NCBI GenBank assembly: GCA_964243405.1 | Contig: CAXTFJ010000005.1 | Coordinates: 9,882 to 73,881 of the forward strand | DNA from: an uncultured Lichenihabitans sp. | GTDB lineage: Bacteria; Pseudomonadota; Alphaproteobacteria; Rhizobiales; Beijerinckiaceae | Length of the DNA stretch: 64,000 nucleotides | Direction: 5' to 3' | Part shown: positions 57,411 through 64,000 of the stretch, one piece after another | Position numbering within the stretch: position 1 is the stretch's first letter | Layout of the letters: the number at the start of each line of letters is the position of its first letter | Notes under the pieces: generated by a model | What the model was told of the DNA's origin: nothing | Seen by the model: the letters and a program-made list of their open reading frames with translations, nothing else | Database searches by the model: none | Translations under genes and position numbers: made by a program

Positions 57411-57592
57411 CACAGCACGATGTCCTGCTCGGGCTCAACGCTTGTCCAGCGGCTCGTCTTGGTGCCGGGAGTGCGGACGATGCGGATCGTACCGTCCGGC
57501 GCGACCTCGACGGCATAGTCCGGTCCGGCTTGTTCCGCCGCCCGCAAGGCCCGGCGCAGGTCCGCGACGGTGAAGCGGGCAGGGCGGTTCAT
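57410..57592 (-). CDS. Excisionase-like small protein
   Basis: MNRPARFTVADLRRALRAA...VEVAPDGTIRIV; overlaps the int start, the classic RDF position. Confidence 0.65.
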   Translation of the reverse strand: MNRPARFTVADLRRALRAAEQAGPDYAVEVAPDGTIRIVRTPGTKTSRWTSVEPEQDIVL

Positions 57593-57665
57593 CCGAGGCG
57601 CTGCCCTTCCCGCTCGACCATGGCCGTGAGACCCCGGAACGGCGTGAGCTCCCGATGAAGGTGTC

Positions 57666-58043
57666 TCACGCACGCCCTCCCGCCGGCGCGTTCAGGAAAT
57701 GGTGCTCCAGCCGCTCGCGAAAGGCGGTGGCGGCGATCTCCGTCGCGACGCGGACGTCCTCGTCCGTGCCGTGAAACGCGCGGAACGTGCTGTCGATGGA
57801 CCGCAGCAGGTCGACGCCCCTCGCCTCGGGATAGGCCTCCACCCATTCCAGAAGCTCGCGGGCCTGGTCCGGCGAAGCCTTGGCGACGACCGCGTCCATT
57901 TTCAGGAAGACCTTGTCGGCGAGGTCCGCCGCGACAGCCCGGAAGTAGTCGTGCACGAGCTCACGGCCCTTGCCGGCGCGGCAGGCGTCCTCGATGCGGG
58001 GCAGGAAGTCGGCCAGGACCCGGTTGAGCGAGTTGGTTTCCAT
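57666..58043 (-). CDS. Phage hypothetical protein (125 aa)
   Basis: GGGAGG RBS; coupled to the upstream gene; host-like codon usage. Confidence 0.7.
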   Translation of the reverse strand: METNSLNRVLADFLPRIEDACRAGKGRELVHDYFRAVAADLADKVFLKMDAVVAKASPDQARELLEWVEAYPEARGVDLLRSIDSTFRAFHGTDEDVRVATEIAATAFRERLEHHFLNAPAGGRA

Positions 58044-58375
58044 CAGTGCAGCCCTCCCGTGTTTGGCTGCAGCGACGTGCGATCCCGCTCCGCAAGAAAG
58101 CCAAGGTGATCGAGGAAGGCGTGGCCCATGATCCACCAAGCCCGCGCCGTCACGCCCTCGTCGGGCAGGTGAGAACAGCCCGCGTTCTCCCGCATGGTGC
58201 GGAAGGCGCTGTCGATCAGCCATCCGAACGTGTTGAGGACCGCATCGCCGGTCAGCTGACTTCCGCCGCGCACTTGGTGGTACACCCCGCTCGCGATGGA
58301 ACGAGCAGCCACGCGGCTCATGTGATCGACCTCGGCCAGGGTGAGCCGGTCGTCGGTCGGGACGGCGCGGCGCAT
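58043..58375 (-). CDS. Phage hypothetical protein (110 aa)
   Basis: Stop/start overlaps on both sides. Confidence 0.7.
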   Translation of the reverse strand: MRRAVPTDDRLTLAEVDHMSRVAARSIASGVYHQVRGGSQLTGDAVLNTFGWLIDSAFRTMRENAGCSHLPDEGVTARAWWIMGHAFLDHLGFLAERDRTSLQPNTGGLH

Positions 58376-59460
58376 TAGGCGGCCTGATCGGCAAGCTGAG
58401 CCGTCAGGTTCGCGTCGGACCCCTCGGCATCATGCGCGACCGCGCGCCCCCCGGCCAAGTCGGGCCGGAACGGGTTGAAGCGCTCGTCCATGTTGAAGTC
58501 GGCGTCGAAGACCTTGCCCGATAAGCCGGTCGCCGCTTCGAGGGCGCCCCTGATCGAGTAAAGCAGTCGGTGGAGCGAGCGGTAGACCCCTCCTGCCGCA
58601 TGCTGATCCCTGGGCTCGCCCGACACGTAGGCCCACAGTTCTTCGACCCGGCCGGCCGCCAGCGCGATTTGAACCAAGCCATCCTGCAGCGAGGTCGCTT
58701 CCAGGTGCGACGCGTGCTGTTCCAGGGTGCGCAGCTGATCCCAGGCGTGGTCCGCGCGTTCCTTCTCGTCTCGGGACTGCTGGTCCGACCCGATGCTGTC
58801 GTAGCGCTCGTGCTCGCGATCAGCGCGACGCATCTCGCCGGCGAGGCGCTGCAGCTCGGTGGCGGGCTGCCGGTCGGTCGCGAGCGGCGGAGCGGCGGGC
58901 GACTCGGGTTTCGCGAACCGCGCCGGGCCCGCATAGCCGGGCAGCAGTGCCCGGAACTCGAAGTCGCGGCGAGGGATGCGGTCGAGACCGGCGGCGGCCA
59001 GGATATCGTCGATCAGGTTGCACGCGGGGCGCGTGTCGCCCGCGGCGTTCTCGGTCCACCAGTCGGCTTGGCTCCAGGTGAGGATCCTTGCCTTTAAGCC
59101 GATCTCGCGAAGGGTGCGGGCCGGGATGGACTGCACCTCGTCTTGAATTTCGGCCAGAATGCGGTTCGCGTGCTCGTCGGCCGTCCTGACGATCTTTCGC
59201 TCCTCGTCGGTGTTGGCCGCGTCCTCCGCACTGCCCGTCGCGTACCAGAACAGGACCGCACGGTCGTAGGCGACGTTCAGGTCGAGCAGGCGCTGCTCGG
59301 GCGTGCGGAACAGGTGGACGGGCGGTCGACCGAGATCCAGGTCGGGCGCGGGGGTGGTCGGCTGGTCGGCGGCGGGACGGAAAGTCGGCGTGCCGTTGCC
59401 GGGCGGCGTGGAGCCAGTCAGGTGTTCGACGATCGGGGCGGACTTGGTGCGGGTGGCCAT
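58375..59460 (-). CDS. Phage hypothetical protein (361 aa) with two related helical modules
   Basis: IPARTLREIGLKARIL and LEATSLQDGLVQIALA segments; coupled to the downstream gene. Confidence 0.75.
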   Translation of the reverse strand: MATRTKSAPIVEHLTGSTPPGNGTPTFRPAADQPTTPAPDLDLGRPPVHLFRTPEQRLLDLNVAYDRAVLFWYATGSAEDAANTDEERKIVRTADEHANRILAEIQDEVQSIPARTLREIGLKARILTWSQADWWTENAAGDTRPACNLIDDILAAAGLDRIPRRDFEFRALLPGYAGPARFAKPESPAAPPLATDRQPATELQRLAGEMRRADREHERYDSIGSDQQSRDEKERADHAWDQLRTLEQHASHLEATSLQDGLVQIALAAGRVEELWAYVSGEPRDQHAAGGVYRSLHRLLYSIRGALEAATGLSGKVFDADFNMDERFNPFRPDLAGGRAVAHDAEGSDANLTAQLADQAA

Positions 59461-59497
59461 GGGGAAGCGGCCTTGGGGGCTGGAGGGCGGGAAGGGT

Positions 59498-59701
59498 TCA
59501 GGGCCGGGCAGCAGCGACGTGGACGTGGCGCGGTGCCGGGTCGGCGGGACAGGCGACGCAGTAGGCCGCGCACCAGAAGCCCAGGAGGGCGAAGGCCACG
59601 ACGGCCTCGTGCAGGTCGATGCCGAGGCGGCGGCGGGTCGGCGGGCGCAGCAGGAAGCCGTGGTGGGCCGGGCTGGCGGCAGGCAAGGGTCGGGCGTTCA
59701 T
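59498..59701 (-). CDS. Small hypothetical protein with one hydrophobic segment
   Basis: AVVAFALLGFWCAAYCVAC; co-oriented with the early operon. Confidence 0.45.
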   Translation of the reverse strand: MNARPLPAASPAHHGFLLRPPTRRRLGIDLHEAVVAFALLGFWCAAYCVACPADPAPRHVHVAAARP

Positions 59702-59800
59702 CGAAACGGGCTCCGCTTGACGGGGGTGGCAGAATCGGGGTGAGACGGGCGCCGTCCGGAGCGGGCCGGCGGCGGGGTGTCAGGTCATGCGGGGGCGGCA

Positions 59801-60040
59801 GTGACGCCGGAGGACGCAAGGCGGCGGCTCGCCGCGAAGCGGAACAACGAGAACGTCAGGCTCTTCGCGACACTGATGAACAACCTGTCCGTAGGGTCGA
59901 TCGTCGCCGGCGTGCTGTCGCCCGTGATGGCGGGGCGGACGGCATCCTGGGTGACCGACCTCGAACTGGTGTTCACGGCCTTCGCGCTCCATATTGCGGG
60001 TCAGGTGGCTTTGCGGCTCTTTCTCAAGAGCGAGGACTGA
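59801..60040 (+). CDS. Small two-TM membrane protein (counter-oriented)
   Basis: NENVRLFATLMNNLSVGSIVAGVLSP...LVFTAFALHIAGQVALRLFL; start uncertain (59777 or 59801). Confidence 0.7.
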   Translation: MTPEDARRRLAAKRNNENVRLFATLMNNLSVGSIVAGVLSPVMAGRTASWVTDLELVFTAFALHIAGQVALRLFLKSED

Positions 60041-60045
60041 TCGCG

Positions 60046-60177
60046 ATGGATTGGAACAGCTTGGCTCTTCCGGTCATGGCTCTCGCAACGGGCGCCCTGG
60101 CCTTCGCCTACGTCTGGATGCGGTCGAGGGCCTTTGACCGGAAATACGGGCACCGGCCGCCGGTCGCGGGCGAGTAG
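60046..60177 (+). CDS. 43-aa single-TM peptide (below the ORF-track cutoff)
   Basis: MDWNSLALPVMALATGALAFAYVWMRSRAFDRKYGHRPPVAGE*; GAGGA 9-13 nt upstream. Confidence 0.65.
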   Translation: MDWNSLALPVMALATGALAFAYVWMRSRAFDRKYGHRPPVAGE

Positions 60178-60546
60178 TCACCCGGGGCGGAGGAGCGCCA
60201 CTTCGGGCAGCTGACCTATCCGAGACGGCGAGACGCAGCGCTCAAGGGTCGAGCGCAGAGCCGCGATGGCCGCGACGCACTCCTGCTCGCCGAGACAAAG
60301 CTCCACGCACGGATGGGCGGGCTGCTCCACGACCGCGCGGCGTTCCGCGCTGTCGAACTTGCGCGCGATCGCCCGCAGCGCTTCGGCGATGGCTTGGGCC
60401 TGAGGTTCACCCAGCCAGAGCGGAACGTCGACCGGGTCGGAGTGGTCCTTCCGCGCGACCTTCAGCAGCTTGTCGATGGCGCTGGCGACCGTGCCAGCGT
60501 CTACCAAGGGCAGGGCGTCAGAGTGGGAACTGGGCGGGGGCAGCAT
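60178..60546 (-). CDS. Phage hypothetical protein (122 aa)
   Basis: GAGGG RBS; co-oriented with the early operon. Confidence 0.55.
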   Translation of the reverse strand: MLPPPSSHSDALPLVDAGTVASAIDKLLKVARKDHSDPVDVPLWLGEPQAQAIAEALRAIARKFDSAERRAVVEQPAHPCVELCLGEQECVAAIAALRSTLERCVSPSRIGQLPEVALLRPG

Positions 60547-60553
60547 CGCGCCC

Positions 60554-60739
60554 TCACGCCAGGATGATGCGGGCGCCGACGCCGCGGATGCGGACGACGC
60601 GGCCGAGGGCGACCAGCTCGCGCACGGCAGCCTCGAAGGCGTCGACGGCCATCTTGAGGGCGGACCGGAGCGGGAGCGTGCGGGCCTCGCCGTTGAGCAG
60701 GCGGAGGCGGGAGACGATCAGGAGGGCGTTGGGGGACAT
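60554..60739 (-). CDS. Small hypothetical protein (61 aa), first gene of the leftward early operon
   Basis: Lies directly downstream of the left operator pair. Confidence 0.5.
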   Translation of the reverse strand: MSPNALLIVSRLRLLNGEARTLPLRSALKMAVDAFEAAVRELVALGRVVRIRGVGARIILA

Positions 60740-60785
60740 GGGCTGGGCTCATCGCGGGTTAGTGACTACATTCCCAACTTGTCTT

Positions 60786-60817
60786 ATGCGTATGCGGATG
60801 TCAATGCGAACGCGGAT
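60786..60817. promoter_or_regulatory. Left operator pair (OL-like) flanking a minus-strand TTGACA
   Basis: ATGCG-TATG-CGGAT at 60786 and ATGCG-AACG-CGGAT at 60804; tgtcaa at 60799-60804. Confidence 0.75.
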
Positions 60818-61635
60818 TATTTTTCCGGGTACGAAATGTACAAGACTTTTCGCAGCCACACCGCCTTGATTCCAGAAACGGGGCCGCCCAGCGTAACTAC
60901 GGTGTGATGAGAGGTATTATCTGAATGGAACAGACGTCCAATAAATGATCTTCCATCGTCGAGCAATATCAAACTAAGCGCGCCATAAAGATCTCTGAAT
61001 AAAGATTTTTCTAATAAATCAATGTAGAATACACATGACTCATCTAAAATGGGATAATAAGAGCCATGATCAAAGACTAAACCAACCATGGTCCTTGTAA
61101 AATCTGGTGGTGCTTTTGCTAGAGAATGGCCCCACCCACCTTTGGCTTGGAGATAATCCTCTATCTCCTGCCTGTAAGCAGTTCCATCTTTAGATTTTTC
61201 GTCATCGTCTAAAATCCAAAACGTTCTTGCAGCATCCTCCATCAAATCTACTACGGGGTGAGTGCTTTTCTTTGTGCGTGATCCTAGAACCTTCTCAACT
61301 TCGTAGAAATTGACTTTGCCGCCGGCATCAACTCCACCAAGGACCGGAATATAGACTGGACCAGGCTTTTCCGACCAGCGAAATACGTCATTAAAGCCAT
61401 CTATCAGCCCAATCTCAATTCTACGCTCTTTAGAGAAAGACATAAGAGCTTGTAAATTCTCCAGCGTCGGCTCTGACCCGTTCTCCCAGCGAGATACGCT
61501 AGCTTGCTCGACACCAAGTTCTTGCGCGAATTCAGCTTGCGTAAGCTTCACGGCTTTACGAAGCTTCCTAATCCGCTCCGGCAGGCCTTGAGCCTCGTCC
61601 ATTTCGAATTTCGACCTTTTCATACGAAATAGCAT
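60817..61635 (-). CDS. CI-like repressor (XRE HTH + degenerate S24-like domain), AT-rich
   Basis: RIRKLRKAVKLTQAEFAQELGVEQASVSRWENG; IPVLGGVDAGG; start at 61635, 61623 or 61602. Confidence 0.88.
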   Translation of the reverse strand: MLFRMKRSKFEMDEAQGLPERIRKLRKAVKLTQAEFAQELGVEQASVSRWENGSEPTLENLQALMSFSKERRIEIGLIDGFNDVFRWSEKPGPVYIPVLGGVDAGGKVNFYEVEKVLGSRTKKSTHPVVDLMEDAARTFWILDDDEKSKDGTAYRQEIEDYLQAKGGWGHSLAKAPPDFTRTMVGLVFDHGSYYPILDESCVFYIDLLEKSLFRDLYGALSLILLDDGRSFIGRLFHSDNTSHHTVVTLGGPVSGIKAVWLRKVLYISYPEK

Positions 61636-61767
61636 ATACCGTCTCGGATTAAATCCCAATCCGCATCCACATAGCTTGAAGTGGTTCTCGCTTTTATATA
61701 TACGACGGCGGATAAGAGCGCCACGGTAGGATCCGTTGAACCCAATCAAGCACATACGTAAGCGGAT
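61636..61767. promoter_or_regulatory. Right operator array (OR-like), four copies of the ATRCG-N4-CGGAT motif
   Basis: Copies at 61636, 61659 (reverse orientation), 61700 and 61754. Confidence 0.72.
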
Positions 61768-61972
61768 TTTCGGCGTCCTCCAGCGCGACTTCGCGTCAGT
61801 GGCAGGCGTTTCACAGGGCACTGTTTCCCGATGGGAGAAGGGTGAGTTTGAACCCACCAGAGTTCAGCTCGCAAATATTCGGGAAGAGGCTCGTCGGCGA
61901 GGCCTTCCCTGGAACGATGCTTGGTTTTTCGATCCTACGCCGTCTCCCATTGCAGAAACTCCGACGATATGA
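61736..61972 (+). CDS. Cro-like XRE HTH protein
   Basis: QRDFASVAGVSQGTVSRWEKGEFEP; divergent from the CI-like gene; TTG start with GGTAGG RBS. Confidence 0.88.
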   Translation: MNPIKHIRKRIFGVLQRDFASVAGVSQGTVSRWEKGEFEPTRVQLANIREEARRRGLPWNDAWFFDPTPSPIAETPTI

Positions 61973-62391
61973 ATTCCTCCTTCTCGCCGGTCCCCGCCCA
62001 CCCCCCAACGGCTCAACCGGGCCCGATCCTGAACCGCCGCCGACTCCTGGCCTTCCTTGGCCTCGCGCACGCTGCAGCCCCCGCGCTGGCTAAGGCCACC
62101 CTGGGCGCGCCCGACAACTTCGGCTTCGCCGCCGCCCCCTCGGCCTTGGACCGGTCCACGAGCAACCTAACCCTCACGGTCGACCACGGCCTGGACTTCG
62201 AACGGTTTGAACGCATTCTTGCCGAAGACCGAGCACTGCTCGAAGCAGCAGGGTTGGGCGGCCACTTCCCCAAAGCGAGCGAGCCGTTTCCCTCAGGTGC
62301 GCAGAATGCGCCGGCTAAGCGGATCGGCTTCGACGCCGCCCCGGCGCCCGGCGCCGCGTTCCTGTTCGACGACGTCGGGAGCGGCCCGTGA
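61969..62391 (+). CDS. Hypothetical protein with a twin-arginine-like segment
   Basis: ATGA overlap with cro; NRRRLLAFLGLAHAAAPALA. Confidence 0.55.
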   Translation: MNSSFSPVPAHPPTAQPGPILNRRRLLAFLGLAHAAAPALAKATLGAPDNFGFAAAPSALDRSTSNLTLTVDHGLDFERFERILAEDRALLEAAGLGGHFPKASEPFPSGAQNAPAKRIGFDAAPAPGAAFLFDDVGSGP

Positions 62392-62681
62392 CAGCCTACG
62401 CATCCCGGTCCCTGTCCAACGCGGTTCGGCCGGTCTCGCGCTCCCCAGCGCGTCCCGGCTCCCCGTTTCTGCCCTTCGGTCGCGCCGCCAAGCGCGTCTG
62501 TGCCCATCACCGTCGCGCCCTGTCCACCAAGACCATCGCGACCGTGCTGCCCGTCCATGTGCTGTGCGCCCTCCATCAGCCCCCGTCGATGTCCCCAACA
62601 TCGCAGAAAGGCTGTCGCGAATGCGCTCCAAGTTCCCGTTCTCGTTTCGTTGCGTCGCTCATCCCGGGGATGCGGCCATGA
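62388..62681 (+). CDS. Hypothetical basic protein (97 aa)
   Basis: GTGA and ATGA overlaps on both sides. Confidence 0.4.
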   Translation: MTAYASRSLSNAVRPVSRSPARPGSPFLPFGRAAKRVCAHHRRALSTKTIATVLPVHVLCALHQPPSMSPTSQKGCRECAPSSRSRFVASLIPGMRP

Positions 62682-63079
62682 CCACTCAAATCTCCTTCGA
62701 CCTGCAAAGCCTCGCCCGCAGCACCGCCGAACCGGTCAGGCCCGGCGAGAGCATCGGTGCCCAGATCAACAAGGTCTGGGAACGGTGGGGCCGGCCGCCG
62801 TTCTGGCGGGTGAAGGCCGCTTGGTACGGCGAGGCGGGCTGTTTCAGCGCCGCCGCCGCGCGCGACATCCAGGACCGCTTCGTCCGCTGGCGCAAGGCCG
62901 AGGCTCGCCGCGCCGCGTCCGCCGCCCAGACCGAAACCCTTTTGCGCGCCCAGCGGGAGCGCGAGCAACTCGAGGCCACGCGAGATGCGATCCGAACCCA
63001 GCTTGCCACGATCGAGCGCCAGCTCAGCCTCGCCGACGCTACCCTACGCCTTTCGCGGTCTCCGGACCTGGATCGGTAG
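62678..63079 (+). CDS. Phage hypothetical protein (CII-position, coiled-coil C-terminus)
   Basis: PFWRVKAAWYGEAG and helical tail; alternative start at 62621. Confidence 0.65.
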   Translation: MTTQISFDLQSLARSTAEPVRPGESIGAQINKVWERWGRPPFWRVKAAWYGEAGCFSAAAARDIQDRFVRWRKAEARRAASAAQTETLLRAQREREQLEATRDAIRTQLATIERQLSLADATLRLSRSPDLDR

Positions 63080-63281
63080 GCGGCTGGTGGGGTCGTCCAT
63101 GCGGCACACGGCCATCGCGGAGCGCCGGCTCGCCTGGTGCTGGCGAGTGGCACCTTGGCTCTTTCCCGAAGATCCAACCCCAACACCGTCGAAAGCCACG
63201 GAGTTAGGGCCGTGACAGCTGCCTCTCCCTGCATCGCAGTCGCGATCCTGCTCGCCGTCATACTGGTGGCCTGCCCATGAG

Positions 63282-63520
63282 GTGCATCGGTTGAGGCCCG
63301 AGCCCGAGGATCTGCTGCGCGAGTACGCTCACGCGCTGGTGGTCGCGCAGCTCGAGCGTACCCGCCGCGCGTGGGCTCGCGTGCGCCGGGCGTGGGACCG
63401 CTATTTCGGCGCGCTGATGACGAGCCCGGCCGAGGCTCATGCCCAGCACAAGGCGGCACTGGCCGAGCGGTCGCGGCGTCACATCGACCGCGATGACGTA
63501 CCCCCCCCCCCCGTTCGGGT
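63282..63520 (+). CDS. Small phage hypothetical protein; 3' end uncertain because of the poly-C tract
   Basis: EDLLREYAHALVVAQLERTRRAWARVRRAWDRYFG; the frame stays open to 63704 across the primase frame. Confidence 0.45.
63501..63512 (+). repeat. C12 homopolymer tract
   Basis: Read directly. Confidence 0.9.
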
Positions 63521-63522
63521 GA

Positions 63523-64000
63523 GGGTCTTACCTCGTTACCGCGCCCACTCTCGTCACGATCGCCCGCGCGCTCGGCGGGCAGATCATAGGCCGGCAGGTG
63601 CTGGCGCCCGGTCCTGGCCACTCGCGCAAGGACCGGAGCCTGAGCGTCCGCCTGTCGGTCCAGAGCCCGACCGGCTTCATCACCTTCAGCCACGCCGGCG
63701 ATGACTTCGCGTTCTGCCGCGACTACGTGGCCGGCAAGCTCGGCCTGCCGCTCGACGACTGGCGGTCGCGCCGGCAGCCCCTGTCACGCCCGGCGCCGGC
63801 CAGCGCAGCCGCGCGTCATGAGGACGACACCGCAGAGCGGATCAACCGCGCGCTGGGCCTCTGGAGCGAAGCGCGGGACCCGCGCGGCACGGTCGTCGAA
63901 ACCTACCTTCGGTCCCGCGGCCTGATGCTGCCCGACGAGGTCGCACTCCAAGCGCTGCGCTTCCACCCGGCCTGCCCGTGGCGAGACGAGGCGCGGGGCG
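63523..64000 (+). CDS. Primase-like (TOPRIM-associated N-terminal region), no in-frame start, runs off the window
   Basis: Manual translation IARALGGQIIGRQVLAPGPGHSRKDRSLSV...LWSEARDPRGTVVETYLRSRGL...LRFHPACPW, open to 64000. Confidence 0.75.

Larger units (their letters stand above)
56211..64000. mobile_element. Prophage or phage-satellite left arm integrated at tRNA-Leu(GAG)
   Basis: Integrase stop 8 bp from the tRNA 3' end; int-xis-early genes-CI-Cro-primase order; continues past the window. Confidence 0.88.

Noticed and set aside
60817-61857. 346-aa version of the repressor starting at 61857
   Set aside because: It would run through the operator array and antisense to cro; HTH similarity starts near 61600.
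1-64000. CRISPR array, cas genes, rRNA, retron/RT or restriction-modification genes
   Set aside because: No regularly spaced repeats, rRNA-like sequence or diagnostic motifs (e.g. YADD, DPPY) were seen.

Overview
High-GC alphaproteobacterial (Hyphomicrobiales-like; inferred from gene content and codon style) chromosomal window with four zones. (1) 1-23.2 kb: two orphan nitrogen-scavenging clusters. The first has biotin carboxylase/BCCP, PxpA, cyclase, a double-HTH GntR, a PotABCD-type ABC system, SDRs, a CE4 deacetylase, a Cys-rich microprotein, a CobW GTPase, a signal-less binding-protein paralogue and an M20 amidohydrolase. The second has a class III aminotransferase, a Dpp-type ABC system and a LuxR-type regulator. 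(2) 23.4-35.5 kb: DUF969/DUF979 transporter, amidohydrolase, sugar-type ABC system, RpiR, and a hydroxyproline catabolic unit (epimerase, D-amino-acid dehydrogenase, DapA-like deaminase, GntR). (3) 35.6-55.8 kb: a patchwork region with much gene debris (integrase, IS481, epoxide hydrolase, LysR, MRJP/yellow and S24 remnants), an intact Na/Pi symporter and a LacI-associated sugar/amine catabolic cluster, ending at tRNA-Arg(ACG). (4) 56.2-64 kb: the left part of a prophage or phage satellite inserted at tRNA-Leu(GAG), with integrase, Xis-like protein, an AT-rich CI-like repressor, Cro-like protein, a six-copy operator motif and a primase-like frame that runs off the window. No CRISPR array or rRNA was seen. 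All family assignments come from motifs read by eye; no database search was run.
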